Part shown: positions 29,086 to 37,157 of the stretch, piece by piece
Layout of the letters: each line of letters starts with the position of its first letter
Position numbering within the stretch: the first letter of the stretch is position 1
IMG/VR virus record: IMGVR_UViG_3300035198_000053
Coordinates: 12,430-76,429 of that record
DNA length: 64,000 nt
Source of the DNA: a virus
Reading direction: 5' to 3' (one strand)
Notes under the pieces: model-generated
The model's database searches: none
Seen by the model: only the letters and a program-made list of their open reading frames with translations
What the model was told of the DNA's origin: nothing
Position numbers and translations under genes: made by a program

Positions 29086-29834
29086 AAAGGTGGATTGCGG
29101 TAGTTTTAATGATTCTGGTTTGGACTTCATTTTCTTACGCGGTATCCCAAGACGGTTTCGTGCTCAACATAGTTCATGATGCCCAATTCTCGAAGGAGAT
29201 CTCCGGACAGGTATTCTTACCCTTCCAGACCGAGTACAAGATAAGGCTCAAGAACGCGCACAATTTGAGAGCCGTTGCCTCGGTCACCGTGGACGGCAGG
29301 CCGGTAAGCAACCTCGGAGATATCGTGATCCCCGCCAATGGAGAGTTAAGCATTGAACGATTCCTTAACGAGTCCTTGTCGGAAGGCAGGCGATTTAAGT
29401 TCGTACCATTGAGTGATCCACAGGTAGATGATCCCTATAGTAATGATAACGGCATCATCAAAGTGAAGTTCAGACTTGAGAAGAAGATTCCACCTCCTAT
29501 CTATTGGATTGTGCCAGATAATCCAAAATTTAAAATTAATGAGAATTTCCCCTCTACATTGCCTCTGGCATCTTTAACTACCGGCACCCCTAACTCTTCT
29601 TTGACTACCGGGACCGTTGATTCTTTTGCAACCGGAGAATTCAATAGCGGAATTACAAATACGAACTGCTCTGCATGCGGAGCCACTATCGGCGGGAGTA
29701 TTTCAAATCAAGCGTTCCATGAAGTGAGTCTCGACATTGACGACCAGATTACGATTTTGGAGCTGAGGATATTGGGGATAAGCCATACCAGTTTTATAAG
29801 GCGGTTTGATGGTACGGGAATAATGCAATGGTAA
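29082..29834 (+). CDS. Secreted hypothetical protein (Ig-like)
   Basis: Signal peptide MKRWIAVVLMILVWTSFSYA; EYKIRLKN..VTVDG..FKFV..NGIIKVKF. Confidence 0.65.
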   Translation: MKRWIAVVLMILVWTSFSYAVSQDGFVLNIVHDAQFSKEISGQVFLPFQTEYKIRLKNAHNLRAVASVTVDGRPVSNLGDIVIPANGELSIERFLNESLSEGRRFKFVPLSDPQVDDPYSNDNGIIKVKFRLEKKIPPPIYWIVPDNPKFKINENFPSTLPLASLTTGTPNSSLTTGTVDSFATGEFNSGITNTNCSACGATIGGSISNQAFHEVSLDIDDQITILELRILGISHTSFIRRFDGTGIMQW

Positions 29835-30505
29835 AGAATATCGTTGCCATTGGCGGGGCCGTGATTAAAACGGCCTGGAATGAAATCAGAAATCTCGCCA
29901 GTAATGGTGCTTTTGACGTGCTGATCCACAACGGGGCCTCCCTGTTCCATGACTTCCAAAGGGCCACGGAGGAGTTGCCGGGCCACTCATATTCGCTGGC
30001 CGACCTTTTGGAGGATTATCGAAAGGACGAAGCAGCCAGCCTGTTGGTGTGGGAGTTTCTAAGGGAGAACGCAAGAGCTCCAAAGGACAGTCTAACCCGG
30101 ATCTGCGAAGACCAGGGGATAAACGTTCTCTTGGCGGTCGCACTTGGGACGGACTTCTGGCATCTGTTCGACCAGGATTGGGGGCTGATAGCCCGGCGAT
30201 GTCGAAACGATTTTCTAGGCCTGATCGAACATATGGGGACCCCATTCAAGTTTTTTTGCCTGGGCTCAGCGGTGATCCATCCGGAGCTGTTCGCCAAGGC
30301 GCTTGCGGTCGCAAAATCGGAACAGTTCACGACCGTGGTGGTGGATTTCAGGGAGATGTACCGCCCGAGATCGCGGGTTGCAGTCTATGGGCAGTACCTT
30401 CTCATGGAACACAAGGAATTCCTCAACTCCTGGATCGAATCGCGCAAGAGGGAAAGGAATGAAGCGGACAAAGCAGAGACGCAAGCCCATAGACCGACGC
30501 TTTGA
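29828..30505 (+). CDS. Deoxyhypusine-synthase-like NAD-binding protein
   Basis: GGAVIKT, HNGASLFHDF, ALGTDFWH, GSAVIHPELFAKAL. Confidence 0.55.
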   Translation: MVKNIVAIGGAVIKTAWNEIRNLASNGAFDVLIHNGASLFHDFQRATEELPGHSYSLADLLEDYRKDEAASLLVWEFLRENARAPKDSLTRICEDQGINVLLAVALGTDFWHLFDQDWGLIARRCRNDFLGLIEHMGTPFKFFCLGSAVIHPELFAKALAVAKSEQFTTVVVDFREMYRPRSRVAVYGQYLLMEHKEFLNSWIESRKRERNEADKAETQAHRPTL

Positions 30506-30608
30506 CAAGCGCGCCATGGAGCAGGCGTGGCTGAAATCCTTCGAGCAGAACTACAAGAAGAAAGAGCCGTTCGTGCCGAGATTCCAGGAGGGGACGGGGG
30601 ATGGATGA
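30459..30608 (+). CDS. Small basic protein
   Basis: MKRTKQRRKP..; RBS AAGGA; bridges to the next gene. Confidence 0.4.
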   Translation: MKRTKQRRKPIDRRFDKRAMEQAWLKSFEQNYKKKEPFVPRFQEGTGDG

Positions 30609-31282
30609 ACTACCACATCGTCAAGCTGTATTTTAAGCGCGAGTCGGGCGTGACCGACGAGTGGATAGCAAAACGCATAGACTTCTTTACGCGATACACC
30701 TTGAGGAGTCTGCAAAGGCAGACCTTCACCGACTTCTCGCTGTGGATATGGTGCCAACCCGGGATGGAGCAGGCCATGAAACCGCTAGTCCGCTTTTTGC
30801 CGAAAGATGGGGTGATGACGTTCGGGCAGCATTTCACGGAAAAGGCGCCGATGCCGGTCTTCCACAGGCTCAATGAATCCGATCATGTCTATGTCACGCG
30901 CATAGACTCTGACGATCTTTACAGGGCCGATGCCATGCAGATCATCTCCGACCAGCAGCCCATTGACCGTTCAAGGATAGAGTGCGCGATGTTCAGGTGG
31001 GGGTATTTGTACGAGCTAAAGACGGAGCGCGTCGGAACGTATTTCAAACACAGCACGCCCTTTCACTGCGTCATGTGGCCGGCAGACATCTTCTGCAATA
31101 GGGAAAAGCACGACGAGGCGTTCTGCGGGGACCACGCGAGGGTGAAGGACGCCTACCCGACGAGGTTCCTGCCAGATTGGAAATTCTGCGTCCTCGTGCA
31201 CGGGGATAACTTCAGCTCGACGTTCGATTCTCTGGTACAGAAGCGGTACAGGGACGACTTCGACCTGATGGAGTTTATGTGA
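30605..31282 (+). CDS. Putative rhamnosyltransferase-like GT-A protein
   Basis: R..FF..YTL.SL..QTF.DF, TRIDSDD (DxD), VLVHGDN. Confidence 0.75.
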   Translation: MNYHIVKLYFKRESGVTDEWIAKRIDFFTRYTLRSLQRQTFTDFSLWIWCQPGMEQAMKPLVRFLPKDGVMTFGQHFTEKAPMPVFHRLNESDHVYVTRIDSDDLYRADAMQIISDQQPIDRSRIECAMFRWGYLYELKTERVGTYFKHSTPFHCVMWPADIFCNREKHDEAFCGDHARVKDAYPTRFLPDWKFCVLVHGDNFSSTFDSLVQKRYRDDFDLMEFM

Positions 31283-31839
31283 TGGACAAGCCGGTGATAT
31301 TCGATGTGGATGACTTTTGCGACATGTGGGAATGTCTGACGGACATTGAGATATTGAAGCACACATATCCCAACTTCAAAGCAACATTGTTCACGATCCC
31401 ATTCAGGACGAGCCCGGCGATGCTGCTCAGGGTCAAGAAGCTGGGATACGTCGAACTTGCCGTCCACGGATTTCTGCACAGTCCGAACCTCATGGAGATG
31501 CTCGGTCTGGAGAAGTGGCAGATCGTCGAACTCTTCAAGAAGGTGGACTTCAGGTTCTACTGCCATGGATTCCGACCTCCGGGCTGGCACATGAACCAAA
31601 CCGTTGTAGATGCCTGCAATGAGGCCGGTCTGTGGGTGGCCATGCATAGGAACGATAGGAAACTCGCCGCGAAGTGCATCCACGGGTACTATATCGCGGA
31701 GGACAAGTACCCATGCTGGCACGGGCATACGCACAATGTCTGCAACAACTGGATACGGAAGGCCATCCCCGATCTCGTCAAGAGGTGGCCGCAGGACCAG
31801 GAGTTCATGTTCGTAAGCGAGGCGGTGCAGAAGACATGA
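31279..31839 (+). CDS. Polysaccharide deacetylase-like (NodB-type) protein
   Basis: FDVDD, ELAVHGFLH, GFRPPGW, HGH. Confidence 0.8.
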   Translation: MMDKPVIFDVDDFCDMWECLTDIEILKHTYPNFKATLFTIPFRTSPAMLLRVKKLGYVELAVHGFLHSPNLMEMLGLEKWQIVELFKKVDFRFYCHGFRPPGWHMNQTVVDACNEAGLWVAMHRNDRKLAAKCIHGYYIAEDKYPCWHGHTHNVCNNWIRKAIPDLVKRWPQDQEFMFVSEAVQKT

Positions 31840-31894
31840 CGGGAGAACTCGACAAAATGATCTTTCACACTGCTATTATACGCCGCTGAAAGGC

Positions 31895-32050
31895 ATGATA
31901 AGATTTTTCGTGAACAAAGAAGATCTTTGGAAAGAGGCAACTCTCAAACTTGCAGTCCTTAATAAGCTGATTGAAGTGAAATGCGAGAAGTGCGGCGGAA
32001 AGATGTATAAGGTTGCGATACACCGCTGCTTTTCATGCGAGGCCAAATGA
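31895..32050 (+). CDS. Small zinc-ribbon protein
   Basis: ..KCEKCGGKM..RCFSCEAK*; ATGA-coupled; read manually. Confidence 0.5.
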   Translation: MIRFFVNKEDLWKEATLKLAVLNKLIEVKCEKCGGKMYKVAIHRCFSCEAK

Positions 32051-32247
32051 GCAAGGTCTATATGGGTGAACACAGTTACGGGAAGATCAAGATCCTGACT
32101 CACAACGGTGGCCGCAATGTGTATGTGGGGGAATATACGTCCATAGGTGATGGCGTTGTCGTGGCGGCAGGCGCGATCCTCACAAAGAATCCCGAACCAT
32201 ATGAGATATGGGGCGGCAATCCGGCCATACGTATAGGCGTAAGATGA
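32047..32247 (+). pseudogene. Internally deleted hexapeptide-repeat (CatB/Vat-like) O-acetyltransferase
   Basis: MGEHSYG..VGEYTSIGDG joined directly to VVVAAGAILTK..PYEIWGGNPA; only 66 aa. Confidence 0.7.
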
Positions 32248-32975
32248 TAGATGTGATCCTGACCACCTATAACCGGCTTCCCTTGCTGAAGCGGACTGTG
32301 GACTCCCTTGTCAAGAATACCACGGATTTCCGCCTGTTCATCAACGACGATTGCTCCGAGGATGACACAAGGGATTATCTGTTGAAATTGGAGGCGAGAG
32401 AAATCGCCAAAATAATCTTGAACGGGCAGAGGAAGGGCGTCGTCCCGGGCTTCAATGCGCTGTGGGAAATGGTAGAGCATAGCGACAGCGAGTATGTCTG
32501 CTATCTCCAGGACGACATGCTAGTCAACTCCTACGGATGGTTGGACGTGCTGACGGGGATCCACAAGGAGATATCCGGGACGCTGTCGGTGGGATTTGCG
32601 TCCGGGTACGACGCGAGAGAGCATCCGGAAATCACGAGGATACAGTGGGCAGGGAGGGAGGTCCTGTTCAAAAACAGCACGTCTGCCACAAATCTGATCG
32701 CGACGAAACATTTTTGGAGGTCTCTCGGGCTTCCGATCCCCCTTCTGAATCCCAATGGGAGACTGAGAGGGTTCCCGAACGACGGCCACGGGTCGAACAT
32801 AGACGTTTACCTGACCGGGTGCATCAGCATGTCGAGGGTCAGCCGGAGGGATTCCTCCCCCACGTCCTCCTACAAGCAGGGGAAGGTTGTCATGGTGATA
32901 CCGGGGCTTTTGGAGCATCTCGGGGCGGCAAGGCAGTTCTCCTCGTGGAGGCAGAACAGGGCGAGCGGGTTCTGA
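32244..32975 (+). CDS. GT2 glycosyltransferase
   Basis: VILTTYNR, INDDCSEDDT, YLQDD, EHLG. Confidence 0.85.
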   Translation: MIDVILTTYNRLPLLKRTVDSLVKNTTDFRLFINDDCSEDDTRDYLLKLEAREIAKIILNGQRKGVVPGFNALWEMVEHSDSEYVCYLQDDMLVNSYGWLDVLTGIHKEISGTLSVGFASGYDAREHPEITRIQWAGREVLFKNSTSATNLIATKHFWRSLGLPIPLLNPNGRLRGFPNDGHGSNIDVYLTGCISMSRVSRRDSSPTSSYKQGKVVMVIPGLLEHLGAARQFSSWRQNRASGF

Positions 32976-32976
32976 C

Positions 32977-33909
32977 ATGGCTAAAGGAAAAGCGATTTCT
33001 TTCTTCGGGAACGGCCTCGGAAACATGGTGATGCTCATGCCAGCGCTGGCAGCCATGAGCACTCTCACCGAAACCGGGAAAATCGACATCGTTCTCGATG
33101 ATCGATGGCGGGATATGCGCAGACCCGCCGTAGAGGAGATACTTTTCAACTGGAAGGTGATCGACAGAGTGATAAGCTGGCCCAGGGAGACCTTCGACCC
33201 TCGGGAATATGACCTCTGGTACTACAGCGGCCATGGGAACGGAAGCTGCCAGATAGTGGACCTGTTCATCCAGAAGCTCAGGTACGTCGTGGCGAAGCCG
33301 AGCTGGCGAGGATCTAAGATGCACGAGAGCAACCACTACATGGAGGTTGCCTACGCCCAGGGGTACGAAGGACCGGTCCCAGAGGTCAATTTCCCCCTAG
33401 CGGATGGTCCTATCCTCGACCTACCTCATCCCATTATCGGGCTTTGCAACGGCTGGTTCCGGGGGACTAAATATTGGGAGAAAAAGGGGTGGCCGCATTT
33501 CGAGCGTCTTAGCAGCGTCCTGAAGATGTATTTCCCCGGGGGGGCCTTGGTAGGAGTAGGACTAGAGGGCGAACTGCCCACGGGCACGCGCCTGGACGCA
33601 GACTATGGGGGTAAATTGACGATATTGCAGACGGCGAAGGTTATTTCACAGATTGACCTGCTCATAACGACGGACACCGGCAACATGCACATAGCCGACA
33701 CGCTGGACGTGCCTCTGATCGCGTTGTTCGGGCCGACGCTGACGACCAAGAACAGGCCAATAGGAAAGAGATCCCACGTTCTGACGGCGAGCATGGAGTG
33801 CGTGCCCTGCCAGGACACGCGGGCGTTTTCTTCGTGCGAGAAGGCCATCTGCATGGAGGAGATCAAGTCGGGGGACGTGATGGCCGTCGCCAGGGAGATG
33901 CTGAGATGA
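32977..33909 (+). CDS. GT9 (heptosyltransferase-like) glycosyltransferase
   Basis: GLGNMVML.PAL, K.WPHF, ITTDTGNMHIA, ALFGPT, C.PC..C..CM. Confidence 0.88.
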   Translation: MAKGKAISFFGNGLGNMVMLMPALAAMSTLTETGKIDIVLDDRWRDMRRPAVEEILFNWKVIDRVISWPRETFDPREYDLWYYSGHGNGSCQIVDLFIQKLRYVVAKPSWRGSKMHESNHYMEVAYAQGYEGPVPEVNFPLADGPILDLPHPIIGLCNGWFRGTKYWEKKGWPHFERLSSVLKMYFPGGALVGVGLEGELPTGTRLDADYGGKLTILQTAKVISQIDLLITTDTGNMHIADTLDVPLIALFGPTLTTKNRPIGKRSHVLTASMECVPCQDTRAFSSCEKAICMEEIKSGDVMAVAREMLR

Positions 33910-34712
33910 AACTTATCAGCTTTTACGAGATCCAGCAGTGGCTCGACCCGACCGTGAGGGATACAGATGTGGCCAAGATGACCATCGTCGAGGCCGGGGT
34001 AGTCGCCGATTTTGAGAAGGAAATAGGGGCCAAACTGGTGGGCGTCTCCGCCGAGATTGTCTATCTCGACGGTGGGAGAAATTACCTGTATCTTCCCCAC
34101 TTCAACGTGTCAAATGTGAGTGTCTACGAGGATACGGATAGGGCCTTCGGGAGCGACACGCTGCTTGACTCCGAAGACTACCAGGTCTATGCCGAGAGAG
34201 GGGTGCTCAGGATAGGAAACCTAAAAAAGAGCGACGGGGATGGGATCTCGCAGCTGGAGCGATATCCTGCGGAATGGCTCTTCGATGATTTCTTCGGGGG
34301 TCGGCAGCAGTTTTTGTCCGGCCGCCAAGTGATCAAGGTACAGTATGATGGCGGATACTCACCGGCGAGCGTGGTCGTGGGTACGGATTCGAAGTTCTAC
34401 ACGTGCTTCATCTCTCATACCGCGGCCAGTGCGAACAAACCCATAACCGGGGCCAACTACTCCGCCTACTGGGTGCAAGGGGGAGCAGATGGCGCGACAT
34501 GGACCTCCGGGGCCGCATATTCCACGGGGGGTCTCCCGGAAGACCTCAAGTTGGCACTCCTTGAACAGATCAGCTACGTGTGGAGGCGCAGAAACGATCC
34601 CGGCCTGTCCTCTGTCACATACCCGGACGGGTCGGTGAACAAATTCCAACTGAAAAAATTCCTCTCCCAGGTGCAGGTTACCCTGGACGCCTACAGGCGG
34701 ACGGCGATATGA
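33906..34712 (+). CDS. Head-tail adaptor with inserted carbohydrate-binding-like module
   Basis: IKVQYDGGY [insert YTCFISHT..P..GANYSAYW] LPEDLKLA..LDAYRR. Confidence 0.75.
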   Translation: MKLISFYEIQQWLDPTVRDTDVAKMTIVEAGVVADFEKEIGAKLVGVSAEIVYLDGGRNYLYLPHFNVSNVSVYEDTDRAFGSDTLLDSEDYQVYAERGVLRIGNLKKSDGDGISQLERYPAEWLFDDFFGGRQQFLSGRQVIKVQYDGGYSPASVVVGTDSKFYTCFISHTAASANKPITGANYSAYWVQGGADGATWTSGAAYSTGGLPEDLKLALLEQISYVWRRRNDPGLSSVTYPDGSVNKFQLKKFLSQVQVTLDAYRRTAI

Positions 34713-35344
34713 GCGAGGTGATCCTTGAGAGCAAGCTCGACCAGGTTCAGCCGAACCTCGCGAGGAAGGTGATTAAGCAACTCGATATCGAATCGCGCTG
34801 GCTACAGAGATATATCCGCGAGCAGCACATGACGGGGCCGACCTCGGAAAGTGCGGTGAGCGCGAGAAGCGGCACACTCAGAGCGTCTGTGATGGCGCTA
34901 AAGGCGGAGATTCAGGGGGAATCTATACGCGCTGGTGTCTCAATGGGCGGGCCGACCCCTTCCGGCGCGTACGTCCGGGTCCATGTGGGGCCGAGGGGAC
35001 AGATGACGAGTATAGTCCCCCGCTATTCCAACTGGCTGACCATTCCTCTCGCTGCTGCGAAGACGGCGGCGGGTGTGGCCAAATCCGCCTATGCGCTCAA
35101 GGGGCCGTGGGGCGATACTTTCGTAAGGAGATCGAAAGCAGGGAATCTGATCGTTTTCGGCAAATTGGCTTACACGAAGGGTGCGAGGGCCGGGCAGACG
35201 CACGGGGAGATAGTACCGCTTTTCGTCCTCAAAAAGATGGTCCGCATCCCGGCGAGGATACATCCGGAGGAGATAATCGACGCCTTCTCACTTAAGGTTC
35301 AAGGGGACCTGCAGGCGATAGGGATAAACATGACGGGAGCATGA
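34709..35344 (+). CDS. Neck/tail-completion protein (HK97 gp10-like)
   Basis: RSGTLRAS, AYVRVH, WLTIPL, PLFVLKK.V.IPAR; position. Confidence 0.65.
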   Translation: MSEVILESKLDQVQPNLARKVIKQLDIESRWLQRYIREQHMTGPTSESAVSARSGTLRASVMALKAEIQGESIRAGVSMGGPTPSGAYVRVHVGPRGQMTSIVPRYSNWLTIPLAAAKTAAGVAKSAYALKGPWGDTFVRRSKAGNLIVFGKLAYTKGARAGQTHGEIVPLFVLKKMVRIPARIHPEEIIDAFSLKVQGDLQAIGINMTGA

Positions 35345-35345
35345 G

Positions 35346-35783
35346 ATGACGACACCCGCGAAGACAGCGTTCATGACCCTAGTGACAAATGCGCTGGCGG
35401 CGATAACATCCATAAAAGATACCCATCCGCGCCCCGCAATGCCCACGGATTGGGACAGCGCGAAGCTGCCCATGACGTGCTACAGCTACACGGTTTCAAG
35501 GAAGACGAGAAAAAACCGGATTCAGCAATGCGAATTCAACCTGCAATTTGAAACGCTCATCATGAGGCAGTCCGACACGCTGGACGCGGAGACGGTCGCG
35601 GAGTCCATACTCGCGGAGATAGACACGAAGATTGTTGCCATTGAGGGTCACAAACCCTGCATCAAGATCAATCCGTTGCAGGACGACATCCTCTATTTTG
35701 ACGACAAGCTGGACAAGGTCATGGCGATATCGGTCTATGAGGTGACAGTTGCCCATGAATATGGGGATCAGACTGCATATTAG
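35346..35783 (+). CDS. Tail terminator-like protein
   Basis: Size and position before the tail tube gene. Confidence 0.55.
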   Translation: MTTPAKTAFMTLVTNALAAITSIKDTHPRPAMPTDWDSAKLPMTCYSYTVSRKTRKNRIQQCEFNLQFETLIMRQSDTLDAETVAESILAEIDTKIVAIEGHKPCIKINPLQDDILYFDDKLDKVMAISVYEVTVAHEYGDQTAY

Positions 35784-35815
35784 CTGATCCGAACTGAAGG
35801 GAACCCCTAACAAAG

Positions 35816-35853
35816 AGGCCCGGTTTCACGGTTTGTGAGTCGGGCTTTTTTAT
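35816..35853 (+). terminator. Rho-independent terminator
   Basis: AGGCCCGG..TCGGGCT followed by a T-run. Confidence 0.6.
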
Positions 35854-35882
35854 TGGCCAAAACCAAAAGGAGGAGGAATAAG

Positions 35883-36419
35883 ATGGAAAAGAAATCGCAT
35901 GATTTGGGTCTGTTTAGACTCGGTAAGGGCATCGTCAAGTTCGACCGGTTCGACGAGAACGGCCTACCGACGGGGCTGCGGGACCTGGGGAACGTCCCCA
36001 GCTTGACCATAACCCCCACGGAAGAGGTGATCGAGCACTACACTTCAAGGGAAGGCACCAAAGTCCTGGATACGATAATCCCTGTCAGTATCAAAGCCAC
36101 GTTCAAGTTCACGCTGGAGGAATTCGACAGGGAGAACCTCCGCATGGCCCTCTTTGGATCTACGGGTTCATGGGCGATCCACGGGTTGACCTCGTTTATC
36201 GTTGAGGGGCTTCTTGACTTCTGGCCGACGAACGAGCAGGGGCCGAAGTACCACCTTCAGGTCTGGAAGGCGCGGCTGCGGCCCACTGGCGATATCGGGC
36301 TGATCGACGACACGGCGCTCGGCAAGTTGGATTTCGAGTTCGTGGCGCAGAATGACGCCGCAAACCATCCACCCCCCGCCAGCCCGTACTTCGACTACAC
36401 GCTGATTGGTGAGTCATAA
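35883..36419 (+). CDS. Major tail tube protein
   Basis: LGKG..F..RDLGNVP.L....EHYTSREG..D; RBS AGGAGG. Confidence 0.8.
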   Translation: MEKKSHDLGLFRLGKGIVKFDRFDENGLPTGLRDLGNVPSLTITPTEEVIEHYTSREGTKVLDTIIPVSIKATFKFTLEEFDRENLRMALFGSTGSWAIHGLTSFIVEGLLDFWPTNEQGPKYHLQVWKARLRPTGDIGLIDDTALGKLDFEFVAQNDAANHPPPASPYFDYTLIGES

Positions 36420-36432
36420 GAGGGGAGGGACC

Positions 36433-36858
36433 ATGACCGAAGGGCAAGAGAAAAAGAGCGAGGAGGAGGTCCTGTTCCCCGGCATCGAGATATATGGCCA
36501 CACTGTGATGCCGTGGACGTGGGACCAATTCGGTCTAGTTGCTGTTGACCTATTGAGGATGAAGAACATCCTTAAGGGTGGCGGAGATCTTCAGGCCGAG
36601 GTATTCAAAATCGGGGCTGACACTGACCCCGATGCAATTTTCCAGACCCTCGCCGCATTGATCCCCCTTATCCCGGCGAAGGAAATCATATCAAAAACCC
36701 TTGATATTGACGCCGGGGAAGTTGCCAAGTGGCCGTTCGACAAGACATCCGGGATTCTGGTTGTTGTCGTCCTTCAGAATATCAGGCAAATAAAAAACTT
36801 GTTTGGCCTCGCCCCGCTCGTGATGAAACTGTGGGAAAGGTTTCTGACAACCCCCTGA
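36433..36858 (+). CDS. Tail assembly chaperone (gpG-like)
   Basis: Between tube and tape measure; slippery A AAA AAC at 36792-36798. Confidence 0.75.
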   Translation: MTEGQEKKSEEEVLFPGIEIYGHTVMPWTWDQFGLVAVDLLRMKNILKGGGDLQAEVFKIGADTDPDAIFQTLAALIPLIPAKEIISKTLDIDAGEVAKWPFDKTSGILVVVVLQNIRQIKNLFGLAPLVMKLWERFLTTP

Positions 36859-37157
36859 GCGAGGCCTTCCACGTTTTGATATCTGAGGGATACGGGACAC
36901 TGCGGGACCTGTGCTCCAAATACACTATGGAACAGGTCGAGCACTTCGCACGCATCGCGCTGAGGAACAAGCAATACAAGTTGATTGATCTCGCCCTCGC
37001 CACCAACACGGCGATGTGGGGAGATGAACGGTCCTGGAAAAGATTCATGGACAGAATGCTCCCCAAAAAAGAGGAATACGCAAAGGAACCAAAAGTGGCG
37101 AGCAAGCAGGATATGGAATCTCTGAAGAATTGGAGCAAGGGCAGATATGGCAAATGA
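36792..37157 (+). CDS. -1 frameshift extension of the chaperone (gpGT-like)
   Basis: The -1 frame is open from the slippery site to 37157, overlapping the tape measure start. Confidence 0.7.
   Translation, partial: KKLVWPRPARDETVGKVSDNPLSEAFHVLISEGYGTLRDLCSKYTMEQVEHFARIALRNKQYKLIDLALATNTAMWGDERSWKRFMDRMLPKKEEYAKEPKVASKQDMESLKNWSKGRYGK

Noticed and set aside
34709-37157. Contractile tail or contractile injection system
   Set aside because: No sheath or baseplate genes; lambda-like M/L/K/I/J tip
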